Source: Octopus vulgaris
Lineage: Eukaryota
Assembly (NCBI GenBank): GCA_951406725.2
Contig: OX597826.1
Location: 44,392,001 to 44,456,000, forward strand
DNA: 64,000 nucleotides
Direction of reading: 5' to 3'
Both the position numbers and the translations under genes were made by a program. This document shows positions 1 to 13,025 of the stretch, piece by piece. The notes beneath the pieces are model-generated. The model saw only the letters and a program-made list of their open reading frames with translations, searched no databases and was not told the origin of the DNA. The stretch's first letter is position 1. The number at the start of each line of letters is the position of its first letter.

Positions 1-32
1 ATGACTGAAACAAGTAAATGAATAAAAGAAAT

Positions 33-88
<56 letters not shown>

Positions 89-104
89 TACTTGGTTGTT
101 GCTG

Positions 105-243
105 TTTCCGTCTACCCAACTCCTCTTATAAGGCTTTGGTTCGCCCGAGGCTCTATTAGAAAACACTTGTCCAAAGCACCAGTCATTGGAATTGAACTCA
201 CAACCATGCAGTCAGGAAACAAGCTTCTTACCGCACAGCCACG
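105..243 (-). mobile_element. SINE family B (tRNA head, CORE-like box, internal microsatellite), degenerate 5' part
   Basis: Reverse complement matches the head of the copies at 20062 and 48763 (gtggctgtg.ggtaaga.gcttg...gacaagtgt...gtagacggaaac). Confidence 0.75.
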
Positions 244-639
244 ATTGAGTCTATTCGTACATTATTCGTTTTTTCAAAATTTTGTTAGAAGTTCATGCTT
301 TATTTTAATCTGATGGGCATCCGTGAAGTAAATATCATTATTATGGAGAAATACAATTCATAATTTGTATTCTGCTTGTAGAACTTATTGATCCTAGTTC
401 AAGTGAAAATTTATGAATATCAAAAAATATAGCGAAATGAATGTTTGAACATATTTCGATATTTTCATTGATAATCTATCAGCAGATTGGGTTGGGGTAA
501 AATAAGTGGGCGTAACGGAACATATTCTGTGAAACACAGTTTTGTTAATGAACACAAAATATATAAAACAGTTATAAAAGTAAAAGAAAAAAAATGATAA
601 GGAATTAAAGAGAAATATCGCGAATACAAGCGACAGAAC

Positions 640-885
640 AAGGGTCCTGGGAAGAATATAGAAAGTAAACTTATTCGGCAAGGTACTTAGCTTGGAGGTC
701 AGGGACTTCTCCATCTTAAATTACTATTTCTCTGCATTGAGAGGTCACAGCTCCATTATGATTGACATATAGTTAGAATGTGGCAGGAACGAATCATAAG
801 GCGGTCTCTTCATGCTGAGCCTACGCATAGGAGATCTGCGAGTAGACCTAGAACGAAATGATTTGATAATAACCATAGTCACAGA
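640..885 (+). pseudogene. Decayed RTE-clade LINE ORF C-terminal fragment
   Basis: Translates as ..LCIERSQLHYD*HIVRMWQERIIRRSLHAEPTHRRSASRPRTK*, resembling the RTE C-terminal pattern LRIERSQLRWFGHV.RM..ER...GKRPRGRPR.RW. Confidence 0.6.
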
Positions 886-954
886 TACTCGCACTTGAGT
901 ATCCAACCGCAAAGCGTAATGACTGTTTTTTGCTGATTGGACTCTACAGAGGAG

Positions 955-1160
955 TACAGTTCTATATTTAAGAGAGGAGGAATTATGTACATTATTTACA
1001 TTGTTTACAACTGACAGATATTTGTCCTCGTCTTGTTTGTTGTTAATACAACGTTTCGGCTGATATACCCTCCAGCCTTCATCATTATTATTATTCAGGT
1101 CACTGCCTATAATCGAACTGGGAATCTTGGGGTTAGTAGCCTGCGCTCTTAACTATTACG
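955..1160 (-). mobile_element. SINE family E: tRNA-like head + (AAT)n + hammerhead-like 3' module
   Basis: Minus strand reads tagttaagagcgcaggctactaaccccaagattcccagttcgatt (A/B boxes), (aat)n, then tgatga-a-ggctg-gagggtatat-cagcc-gaaacgtt. A second head lies at 58432-58550. Confidence 0.7.
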
Positions 1161-2639
1161 TAATAGTTAAGAGGAGATTCAAGAGAATTGTCTCACCACA
1201 CCACCACCACCACCACTACCACTACCACTACCACCACCATCACCACTACCACCATCACCATCACTTTCCCAGAAATACTGGGTAGAGAAAGTGGATGCGT
1301 GGATAGAAAAGAGAAATTCAGAGTTCGCAATCGAAAGCTAAAGGAAAAACAAGGGTAAGATGATATGTGCAAATCACAAAGTAAATTTATTCAGGGAACG
1401 AAATAGAAAAAAGCCCTCCTAGATTCACCATTCCTGGTAAACTGCTTATTATGCACTGGTTCATAACATAACGGTAGCTACATAAAAGCACCATCAACAT
1501 CTGTCAAACATCACTAGGCCTACACTAAGAAGCGTGTAAAATATGGGAGGTCTTTCTGCTGCACTTGTATAAAGAATCCAATTTCTCGAACTGAGACATC
1601 GGAATTAAAATAACTGGAATTTCTGATGACATGGATTCCATGCATATCCATTTCAAAGACAACGATAGTTGGCGTTATTGTGGCTTAGTGTTTGTAATTA
1701 CTATTTCATTTAAACATACAGTTCCATTTACATTCGTGCTAAATCCTGTTACTTAAATGCATTAAGCTAATACTAATTGATATTACTCTTATCTTCCTTT
1801 TATGCTAATAAGATTAGACTCCAAGTTGGATCCAATTCTGGAGATACAGCAAGAATCACTATTCCCAATCTGCTTGAAATAATTTGAAATAATTTCACGA
1901 AATCTCGAAGTGTAAACATTGAATGGTTTGTGGAAAATTAATTCTATCTTTGAATATTTGCCAATAATTGTATACGAGTTTTTGACTTCAAATTGTGGCC
2001 AATGAATTATATAAATGCAGAAGCGTTTACCTATGTAACTACCTCTATGTGAGGAAAGGACAGATTCGATATTTTCTTCCTACATACTCCTAAAGAATTT
2101 TGGCTATTGTTTGATTATTAATTTTGCTCGATTACGGGTTGTCCTGGGGCCAAACAACAACAATAACAATGATATCAATAACAGTAATAAGAATAACAAC
2201 TACAACAAAACTAAAATGACAACCACAAGCACATGAACAAAAGCAGTTATAGGAACAGCAATGACCACAACAACAACGAAAACAACAACAACAAATACAA
2301 GGCGAACATCCTATATTTCAATATAACGGGGTTATTAAATCAGAGATGACGAAGTCAGAATGTCTATCCTCGCTCTTTTCGAAGATAAGAAATGCTATTG
2401 CTGTTTAGTACTAATTTACCAGCAGACTATGAACAAATGCATTACAGCTACGAACTTCGTATCCCTTGTGTGTATATCTAGTGTGTTTTTCATCATTAAA
2501 ACTTATTGGGTGAGATTTAATGGAGATTTATCTCTTTATTTCTAGCAGATAAAGCAACCACGTTGAGATTCTCATCGTAGCTCAACCTATTACGGTCCTC
2601 TTTCTACCTATGTAAGAGACTCATACCGAGGCTGTATTT

Positions 2640-2786
2640 CAGTCATGGTTAACTTGCGGCCCACGGGATTTTCTGAACGGCACGCTTAACGAAAAAGTAT
2701 CTTGAATTTTTTTAGTAGAGCAGCCCATCTAATGATGAGTTTTGTCTAATGCAAACCACTTCTCAATAAAGTTTACCCAAACTTGC
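2640..2786. mobile_element. Possible decayed hAT-type MITE
   Basis: Starts cagtcatggttaacttgcggcccacggg and ends aagtttacccaaacttg, a degenerate version of CAGG/CAGT...GCGGCCC hAT termini. No clear TSD. Confidence 0.3.
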
Positions 2787-4927
2787 CGCATTTGGTTTGT
2801 GTGCACTTGAAGCGGGTGTGTGTCCATATTAGTTAAAAAAAAAGATTAGGCTTTGTACTTCTAAATTTCGGATGTTTCCTTTTTGGCATATCTGAAATGT
2901 CGGTGAAATTTACCTCAGTCTGGCTTTCACATTTATGTACGCTGTAGGAATAAAGAGCCTGTTCGTAAGAATAATTCAATAACAATGTAGAGTAATTAAT
3001 TGTATGCTGAGGGTACTTGCTGTACTCCGTTTTTGAATATAGACGTCAATGTCTCATCAGGTGTTGGAGAGACTACGTAAGTATTTCGGCTCGCACCGCG
3101 ACACCAGAGCTGCCTGGAGCCTTCTACTTTATTGTGTCAGACGTTCTCAACTCTAGGCCAGGTGTTCCTACCATACTCAGTATACTGTCAGTCCCCAGCG
3201 TTTCATATTACTTGTTTTGATTCATAAATATAATTCTTATTTGCATGAAATTTTTCGAAGATCTAGTTTCGTCCTTCAAAATTACAAAGAATTCTAATAT
3301 TCTTAATATATATATATTTACTTTGCCATTTGCACACTAATACATCGATAGTGTGCTAAATACATATAAAGAAGTAACTAGTGATTACTCTGCATTTATA
3401 GATACACGGATGTTGTTCAGCATGAGATAGAAACCAATATTTAAAATATAATCTGACGCGTAAATTTTTTTGTCGGTTTTTACAGTTTAACAGTTATGCA
3501 ATATTCGTTTGCAAGACTGGAAACATCTTTCAGTTTATAACCTATTGTTTGTATTTCTATTGACAATATATTCATCTAATAAAACACTAAATAAACACAG
3601 GGGGAGAGAGAGTCTGTGAGAGAGTGGGAGAGAGAGTCTGTGAGAGAGTGGGAGAGAAAGACAGTTTTGCATTTCGATATATATTTAAACCGTCATACAA
3701 TTCTTTTTAGTTTAGCTCCGTTAAATAATGATTAGGTTGTTGCATTTCTTTTATAGATTTCTATACTAAATCAGTAGAATATTTTTGCCAAGCAGTAATT
3801 ATGGCGACGTTGTGTAGCAAAGATAAAGTAAGACATGTGATTAATTAACAATGAGTTTGCATATATTTTACTTCTGTTTTCATTTGTGTAATCATTGGAG
3901 TTTTTATTTTAAACAAACAAACCAAAATCACAGATACACAACATATACAGACACGTGTGCACACACAGCATACAGACATTGGAATTACCACTGTCTTGTC
4001 TTTTATGATTAGCAAAAAGTATCGATTCTGCTTCTAGATCAACTTTTCAGATATGTTGTATAAAACATTATATTTTTTTTTCTTTAATTACGTCGATAGC
4101 TCATTAGTTTTTTTTTTTAACATTTGAACTGCAAAAGTTGATTTTTCAAATAAATATTATGAACTTTGTTCATATGGTCGGGCCTTTGTATTTAAGAAAA
4201 ACCAAACTAACTCATTTTCAATAATGGGCATTTATTTGCAAATATGAAACAATGTGTAACTAATTCCTGATAACGGCATTGTAATTGAAGTGAACCTAAC
4301 AAATATTTTTATTCATCGACCAGCATCAATATTAGGCTTTGGATACGATTGCAGCAGATAAACTGAAAATTAGTTTTCTCCTTTTAATTAACTTGAATTG
4401 TAATTCTACGAAATTATCTGATACCTGATCAAAATATTTCTATCATCAATATAGACCATCTAATTTTCTAATATAATATTGATGAAACCACAATCTATCA
4501 CAGAATAGATTGTCTTCCCCATATACATACTTACAGTCAACGTAATAAAATTATTTCGTGACTCATGTAGGAGATAGTTTTACTGGTATGATAAATGAAA
4601 GTGAGTCCTAGTTTCACCCACGAATTTCTTTTATGTAGATAAAACGTCGTGGTGTTCTCTTTTTTCTTTTATTGCGATTGATCACAACTTTCCCTTAATC
4701 CAATATTAAATTCGATCAAGCAACTTATTAATTCATCATCTCATTTTGTCTGAACGGAAATTTCAGTAATTACTTGTCTTATAATCTAGCATAAGGTTGA
4801 CCAAAGTCATGCAAGTACAATTTTCTACATGGAAACTGTGCAGAAATTCACTAAATGTTTAATGAGTAATTGCAGAAAGCTTTGTTCATAAATAAATTGC
4901 TAAGACTGAACTGTCGTGTGGAGCGCG

Positions 4928-4930
<3 letters not shown>

Positions 4931-4979
<49 letters not shown>

Positions 4980-5030
4980 ACACACACACACACCACACAC
5001 ACACAAGCACACGTACACGCACACACACAT
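4931..5030. repeat. (CA)n microsatellite
   Basis: Direct reading; explains the THTH/CVCV ORFs. Confidence 0.95.
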
Positions 5031-5821
5031 ACATTCTTTCTCTCTCACACACGCACACATTTATATATACATGTGTGTATATGTATTATTATTTAATAAG
5101 AATAGCAGTGACAGTAATTTCGAAATTTTGGCCATCATTGGCCACTCTATAATAAAAGTATTAGAATACAAAAGCCATGACATCTTTAGTTTTTAAATTG
5201 GTATCTAAATCTGCTTTAATCAGTGGATTATTATTCTTTAAGAAGATTCGGTGTGATTTAATACGGGTTTGGCCTCTATTTCTTGCAGAGTTATGGACTA
5301 CGTAAAAATTCATTATTTGTTTCGTGCAAAATATGAAATTGTTCTAGTTGAGAGTATTTAATAGTGTCAGCTGTGTTACTGGATATATTTTACAGAACAT
5401 GTAATATTATATAAAGTTTCTAGATAAGTTTTCAACAATTTTAATGTTGGGAAAATAATAGAAAATTCTCTGAAGATGAGTGAGGGCACTCTATTTACCG
5501 ATATTGTTAAACGTAATATCTAATAAAAACACATTTTCATTGAATATATATCTGATAATTAGCTGTAGCAATTCACCAAATTTTCAGTTATATCACGAGA
5601 AACGACAGATATCGTGTGGGTGAAGTGCAGTTTTATAGTAGATTTTTAATGAAAAGTAGTTTAGTAGCAATTGTTTGTGTACAACTAACGCCTGTTAACT
5701 CAGGAAATATTGCTGGAAATATAAATGTGTATTAGTATCATAAAAGAAAACAAAATGGGAAAAATTTTGGGTAAGCCTTATTCGTTTAGAGTACCAAGGA
5801 TACTCAAACACAATTTGCTCT

Positions 5822-5850
5822 CAGACGAAGGGCAGATCCCCGAAACGTGA
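5822..5850 (+). ncRNA. Degenerate minimal hammerhead-like motif (PLE terminal-repeat remnant)
   Basis: CAGACGA-A-GGG-cagatc-CCC-GAAACG-TG. U4 is mutated and the cleavage triplet GUG is non-permissive. Confidence 0.4.
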
Positions 5851-7230
5851 AAAATGATAATTTTAGTAGCAGCTATATTTATGAAAACACTTTTATTTAT
5901 TTATTTATTGTGAGTAATGCTTGAATTTGGAATTTCTTGTTCTACTTCTTGGAAATAAGAAGTATATATTATGCATCCGGGAAACTAAATGTATGATATA
6001 AATAATAATTGTATATAAATCGATAGTTTTTTTGTAATAGAAATGTATTTATTATGCATGAGCTTGATTAAATCTGCCTATTTGATGGATATTATCGAAC
6101 ATATTCTTCTTATCAGTCAAAGTTTTATAATCACATGCATTTTAAAACAATATAGCTGGCGGAATTCACGTCAGGGAAGCGTTCTGCATACTAAATAGTT
6201 AATGATTAAATCATAGATATCCTTTCCTATATTAACCGTACTCACGTCAAATCCAGTTCACAGGTCGGTTGTCAGTTCCATTCCAGAAATATTTTGCGTC
6301 ACTATATTACCAAAAACTAAGAGCTGAAACAATAATTTCGCATTAGTGTATTTTATATTGTTTTTTTGAAAAATCCCAGTCTTTAAATGAATGCCAGAAA
6401 ATATTTCCTACCTAATTCGTTTTTCTATCAAGCCGTTGATTGCAAAATGCTTAACTATAATTATTTCCATATTAGAATCATGTGAAAAACTAAATTGTTT
6501 TTCAAATATATATGGTAAATATGCAGTATATAATCAATTGTTTTAAATTAAATTCTTTACCTATACACTGGAAACTAAATTAAGTCATTTCTGATGACGT
6601 TAACCAAACTCAGAAACCATAATTTTTAATTTCTCATCCTGATGTAATTATAATTTCTCTCATTAATCTTTTTCGCCAATTCAATTATTTAATAGCTCTT
6701 TCTATATCATCACCAAATTAGTTTATTCCTCATCTATATCCACATCATTTATTTCTTACGATTGCTCCACATTCATAATATGCTCCTTGCCAATCCATGA
6801 CACCTTTAATTAGTCTAACTCCTACTACAACATGAAAATATGTGAAATTAATCTCATACAGAAGTTTTATGCATATTCATGAAAATTCCAATCTATTTTA
6901 TAACCTCAACAAGAGAATCTAATTCAGGTGATCACCAGTATTACAATTTTTTTCCTCGTTTTTCATTAGCATGCTTTTGAAAATTTACGTATTTCATTAA
7001 AAAAAATGTTGATGCATCAATTCCATATTTTTTCATCGCCAACTGCAATATAAAAACCTAATTACATTTGCATATAATAATTTGACCTGTGCCTTCTACA
7101 TTAAAATTTTATGATCCACAATTTACTACAGTTTACTATACCTATGCTGTGAAACGTGAACAGGAAACTATTTTTATCACAGATAAATTTTCTGCTTTAA
7201 CAGAGCTATAGCGAACTTAAACTAAAAAAA

Positions 7231-7574
7231 AAGTGCTTCCCAACTTATTTTCCCCAAGATCCCACTAGAAATGCTAGTAAAATGTATTCCCCACTGGTGG
7301 TTGGGAAAAAAAAAACAGCAGCCTTACTTTTAATATTTCATTATTATATACTTCCCTTAAAGAAATATCAATACTAAGGCATTAGAATATTGTTATACTG
7401 TGGCAAACAGTTTTCAAACATTATGTTCGGCTGGAGGGATTGGTTTGGCTATGTTTGGCTAGAGTGGTATGTTTGCTGTGAAAAAACAAAAGAAACTAAT
7501 TGGAGATCCCAAGTCTCACCGTAAGTTTCCCAGACCCTGCCGGTGGGATGTATACCCTATACTCGGAATCACTG
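7231..7574. mobile_element. Possible decayed hAT-type MITE
   Basis: Imperfect TIRs (a)agtgcttcc ... ggaatcactg (CAGTG.TTCC type). Confidence 0.3.
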
Positions 7575-7619
7575 AAGCTACAGAGATAGAAAGTGAATTT
7601 TCGTTTAGAGTTCGACTTT

Positions 7620-7745
7620 TCGTGGCCAAGTGGTTAGGGTATTAAACTACGAGTTCGATCCCTACACGGGGTGGTTTGTTGTGCCTATCAGCAAAGCATT
7701 TAAATTAACGCTGCTTTCGTTTACCCAGCTGAAAATGAATTCCAG
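7620..7745 (+). mobile_element. Old tRNA-headed SINE (family D-like)
   Basis: tggccaagtggttagg (A box), gagttcgatccc (B box), then tgttgtgcct.tcagcaaagca similar to 14590-14610. Confidence 0.55.
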
Positions 7746-9119
7746 CCCAGTTTTAGTTATATCTTTTCTATTTCTTGCTGTCACATTCTTGTTGAATTAC
7801 TAGCAGTGTCAAGCTAGTGTTTATGTTTCCTTGCAAATAGATAAGTTACCTACAGCAAATAGAGACAGCGTGGTACATACCTCAAGGATATAGTCGCTAC
7901 TCACGTTTGACTGCTATAGTTTTCTGTATTTAAGTCATAAATAGTTCATATAAACAAGGATACAAATGTATCAGATATACTATTAAATTTCATTGGCTAA
8001 ATCCCACTCACGTTAACTCCTATAATTATAAACAGCTTCTGTAACTTTTAATATTATTAATGAACAGTAAATGCTACAGCTAAAACTGCTTCATTAATGG
8101 TAGGTCTAATAGGTGCTTCTGTTGCTCTTGACTTTCTATTGTTATAATTATCACCTTTATTATTTATGGTTTGAAAAACTCATTTGCTCCTCTCTAAAAG
8201 CAAAATATGTTTTTCTTGCTTTTGTTTTTATTCTTCTTGCTTACCACGTTGTTTTTCTTGTTATTTATTATCGTTGGCACTGCGAGCTTAGAGCATCGCT
8301 AGAGCTTCCGACTGTATACTTCACAGCATTTCTTCCGGTACTTCAAGTTGTGGCAGATATTCCATTCATCCTTTCGGATCTTTAAAATGTGATCGACTTA
8401 CTTCCCTTATTAAACAATGTTGTTCTTGTTGCTCTTGCTGACGATTTTGTTGTTGTTTTGAGGGATTCATGCGATTTTCTAATGCATGATCAGATGCACA
8501 TACGTTTTGAAACTGTGTGCGAGGCATTATTTTTTTTGCTCTGTAGACTATAGTCCTGCATTCATATACTACATCAGTATTAATATGTCATAGAGTCTGT
8601 TTCGTTACTTTCTGTAGTGCAATTGTTTTCTTTGTTCAAATTGAACTGTTTTTTTTTTTGTTGGTAGATGGATACATTTCCTGTCTACTTTTTTCTCTGT
8701 TTTCAACTCTTACCATCCGTTGCATGCCATCCGCAGGGTTAAGTAACCCTTCCTCCTAATCACTCTCACTTGCTTCATTATATTATTTTCTTATATCGGA
8801 CACATGTCCTTTTCCATCCAAAATTTCAAGGTACGTCAACCTACTCCCGACTTCTTTCCAGCTTTGGTCTTTCATGACATTCTGTCTCTCATGCATCTGG
8901 GCATTGATTATTATTATTATTATTATCATTATTATTATTCCTTTTTTTTTCTTCTTTCAAATTTGCTTCCATTTCTTGCCGAGTGTCTTCCTGACTCCTA
9001 GGGCAAAGAAACTCATAGTATACATTGGTAGGCCATTAAACCAAACTCAATAGTTCGTTCATTAAAAAAAAATTTTTTTTTAAGTTAAATTAAAATACAT
9101 GAGCAGCAACAGTTCTCAC

Positions 9120-9159
<40 letters not shown>

Positions 9160-10322
9160 GTAGGGCGTGCATTAGGGTGAGTGGTTTGATGTTAAGATGA
9201 GGTTAAGACAGGGTTGTATGATGCCTCAGTGGTTGTTTAATTTATATATGAATGGTGTGGTGAGAGAAGTAAATGCAAGAACCTTTGGTAGGGGAGCCCA
9301 AATGGTGGGAGAAAATGAAGAGAAATAGCAGGTGAGTCAGTTGTTGTATGCTGATGATTCAACACTGGTGGCAGATTCAGAAGAGCAACTGAGGTGAGTG
9401 GTTTTAGGGTTTGGAAGAGTGTGTGAGAGGAGGAAGCCAAAACTGAATGTAGCTAAGAGTAAGGTGATGAGATGTTCGAGAGATGGAATGGCTGGTAGGA
9501 TGGATGCGAGTATAAATGGTGAAATGTTAGAGGAACTGAGTGTTTTTAAGTATTTGGGATCAGATGTGATGGCGGATTAGGGGTTGGCTGACAAAGTGAG
9601 ATATAGAGTGAGCGAAGGGAGTGAGATACTTGGAGTTGTTAAAGGTATGCTGAGAGATAAAAGGTTGAGTATGAAAGCAAGGTGTGTATGAGGGCGTGAT
9701 TGTGCCGGCAATGTTATATGGTGCAGAGACGTGGAAGCTGAGGGAGGTAGAAAGGAGGCGACTAAATGTGTTCGAGACGAGATGTTTGAGGGCCATGGTT
9801 GGTGCGACACGGATGGACAAGATGAGGAATGATGAGGTGCGAAGGCGAGCATGAATGAGAGGAAACTAACAACCAAAATGGAAACACGGATGTTGAGGTG
9901 GTTTGGCCACATGGAGAGAATGGATGAGGAGCGGATGGTAAGGAGGATGATGAACGCAGAAGTGGTAGGCAGCAGAGCCTGAAGCAGACTTCGGTTTGTG
10001 TGGATGGATGGATGGTGTGAGGAACGTTTTGGTGGTTAGAGATGTTGGAGTGAGAAAGGCAAAAGAGTTTATAAACCATAGGAAAACTTGGAGAGTGTTT
10101 GTAGACGGATGAGTGAATTCAATGCTGCTCAAAGGGGTACGGAACCAGCACGATGCTGTCGGGCCCCGCTGCTGACATCGGGGGTTGCGTTCTATGCCTT
10201 GACCCGAGCATAGAACGGAGCTCGCCACTTTGAGTTGAAAAATGAATGGAATGCCTGGTGTGGGTCTTGTGGCTACTCACTCCAAAAAAAAAGGGGGGAA
10301 TAGGCCTGGGTATATAAAAAAA
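9160..10322 (+). mobile_element. 5'-truncated RTE-clade LINE (reverse transcriptase pseudogene + 3' UTR + A-rich tail)
   Basis: Motifs LRQGCMMPQWLFNLYMNGVVREV, QLLYADD, KLNVAKSKVM, FKYLGS, MLYGAETW, LRWFGHMERMDEER, broken by stops and frameshifts. Confidence 0.92.
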
Positions 10323-10342
10323 ATATTAAGAAATTTTAAGTT

Positions 10343-10725
10343 TAGCGAGCTGGCTGAATCGTTAGCACGACAGGCAGAATGCTTAGCGGTATTTCGTCTG
10401 CCGTTACGTTGTGAGTTCAAATTCCGCCAAGGTCGACTTTGCCTTTCATCCTTTCGGGGTCGATAAATTAAGTAACAGTTACGTACTGGGGTCGATGTAA
10501 TCGACTTAATACCTATGTTTGTCCTTGTTTGTCCCCTCTATGTTTAGCCCCTTGTGGGTAATAAAGAAATAGGTATTTCGTATGTCTTACGTTCTGAGTT
10601 CAAATTTCGTCGAGGTCGACGTTGCCTTACATCTTTTCGGAGTCGATAAAGTATCAGTGAAACATGGGTTCCGTGTAATCGACAAGTTCCCCTCCCCCAA
10701 ATTTCAGGTCTTGTACTTTTAGTAG
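10343..10725 (+). mobile_element. SINE family A (tRNA head, internally duplicated body)
   Basis: gagctggc.gaatcgttagc...gagttcaaattccgcc.aggtcgactttgcctttcatcctttcggggtcgataaa; the body repeats at 10570-10725. Confidence 0.9.
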
Positions 10726-10733
10726 AAATGATG

Positions 10734-10771
<38 letters not shown>

Positions 10772-11149
10772 TTACTACTACTACTACTATCATCGTGATT
10801 GTGATCGGGATAATCATCATCTTCAACAGCATCATCATCATCATCATCGAAAGTAGTAGTAGTAGTAGTAGTAGCTTTAGCATAGTAGTAACAATAGAGG
10901 CAGCTGTAAAACAACACTTACCTTGTCGCCGTTGTTTTATTTCCTACGAGCTCTCACGTGCAATTCAAGATGTAGAACATATACCACTGCAGGTCATATT
11001 GGCCGAAAAGTTATTGGATAACAACAAAGCAAATACTATCAAAAGGTAGCACTTAAAAGTACATGCGACATTTACATTCTCAGAAACACTGTTACTGGGT
11101 TAATTTCGATAATATTACTACAGCTGAATTCTGACGGCAAAAGAGAATA

Positions 11150-11470
11150 TTGGTTTCAAATTTTGGTACAAGGCCAGCACATTCTGAGATGGGATAAATC
11201 GATTACAATGACCCACATTGCTTAACTGGTACTTATATTATCGACCCCGAAAGGACGAAAAGCAAAATGATTTAAAATTTTGGCACAAAGCCAGCAATTT
11301 ATGGGAGTGGGTAAATGAATTACATCGACCCCCAGTGCCCAACTGGTACTTATTTTATTGACTCCGAGATGATGGAAAGCAAAATGATTTTAAATTTTGG
11401 CACAAGGCCAGTAATTCAGAGGGAGGGGTAAGTCAATACAGTCGACTCCAGTGCTCAACTGGTATTTATT
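11150..11470 (-). mobile_element. Three tandem 3' modules of SINE family A
   Basis: Unit aaattttggcacaaggccagc...aactggtacttattt repeats at about 119 bp spacing. Confidence 0.8.
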
Positions 11471-12399
11471 TAAAAAAAATTAGAATTATTCATTACCAGT
11501 GGTTCGCACGCGTAACAAATATCATAAAACAACATATCTTCATATAGATAAGACTGCATAAAGCTATATACAGAAAGAGAAGACAAATGACTGGTTTTCT
11601 TAAATAGTAAAAAGAGCCCTTAAACCCAAGCCACGAAGAAATAAGTCTAAAGGCACACCGATAATGGCACTAGAATGTGAAGAATTATTAATTTTAGTTG
11701 ATCTATAACTCGAATTCCCTATCAATGAGCAAATAAATTCATTTGTCATCCGTAGTTCAGCAATGGGATCGCTTATACAATGCATAATTTTGTAGCTTAA
11801 TACGTACTGAAAAAATACCTGCGAACTGTTATATACCTGTCTTCGTCTTTTGTTCTTCAGTATATTCCAACTCTCTCCCCTCTCACCCTCTCTCTCTCTA
11901 TATATATATATATATACGTAACGTTAAACTAATACAAATAAAATTTATACATCGATGTATACATGAGCACTTCCTAGATTTCGGAGAGATCCATGGTTCA
12001 CTTCACTTTTTTCAATAGCAGATTCCCAATGCAATGTGTAACATCACTACGTAGCTGCACTACTAACTGAAATTGTTTCATTAAAACAGTCGCTACCTCG
12101 TGAGCATTCAAACAATGATTAAATAATTGAGTTCTATGGAAATAGAGAATGGAGAATTTTGTTAACGTCTGTGAAAATTATTTACACTAATGCATTATAT
12201 ATAGTTTTAATTTTCTTAATAAAATTTCTTCGAATCAAAATCTCCTTTATTTATTGCTATATCTCGTATATATTCTTCGGGCGAGGTATCTGATATATTG
12301 CTCACTACTGTTGTTAAAGTGTCATGCTATCAACACCACCATCAAGAACCTCATATTTTACTTCGTCTCCCACACCCACTACCTCCTCTTCTCCTCCCC

Positions 12400-12685
12400 T
12401 TCTTATCAGCATCATTATCATCATCACGACGACGACCTACACCACCTCCACCACCACCACTAGCACTACCACCACCATGAACATCATCGTCACCATCACC
12501 ATCATCACCAACCACCACCATTACATCCTCCACCACCACCACCACCACCACCACCACCACCACCACCACCACCACCACTACCACCACCACCACCACCACC
12601 ACCACTTCCACCACCACCACCAGCACTACCACCACCACCACCAACATCATCACCACAACCACCATCACCGATACCACCACCCTCG

Positions 12686-12719
<34 letters not shown>

Positions 12720-13025
12720 TAGCAGCAACAGCAACAGCAGCTGCACAGCAACATCATCCTAACCCTCCTCCTCCGCCTTTTCCCCTTCCTTTCCTCATCT
12801 TCCTCGTCGTCATCATCATCATCATCATCATTATCATGGTTTTGCCACTCTCTCACATCATCATCCCCCTCATTATCATAGCGTAGATCATAGTTATACT
12901 TCCCTTTTCCTCCTCCTCCTCCACCACCTCCTCCCCTTCCCCTTCCCCTCCTCCTCCTCGTCATCATTATCAGCATCATTATCACCATTGTTATTCTCAT
13001 TGTTATCAGCTTCATCAGCTTCATC
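12400..13025. repeat. Compound trinucleotide tract (CAC)n/(CAT)n/(CAG)n/(CCT)n
   Basis: Direct reading; source of the poly-His, poly-Val and poly-Asp ORFs. Confidence 0.95.

Noticed and set aside
1623-1650. CTGATGA followed by the hairpin CATGG/CCATG
   Set aside because: No GAAA after stem II and no stem III, so not a hammerhead as it stands.
3025-3062. Minus-strand CTGATGA-GAC...GTC
   Set aside because: GAAA does not follow the stem.
6591-6620. CTGATGA...GAAAC spacing like a hammerhead
   Set aside because: The intervening bases cannot form stem II.
8250-8760. Possible very old RTE remnant on the minus strand (also 1290-1480 on plus)
   Set aside because: Motif similarity is too eroded to support by eye.
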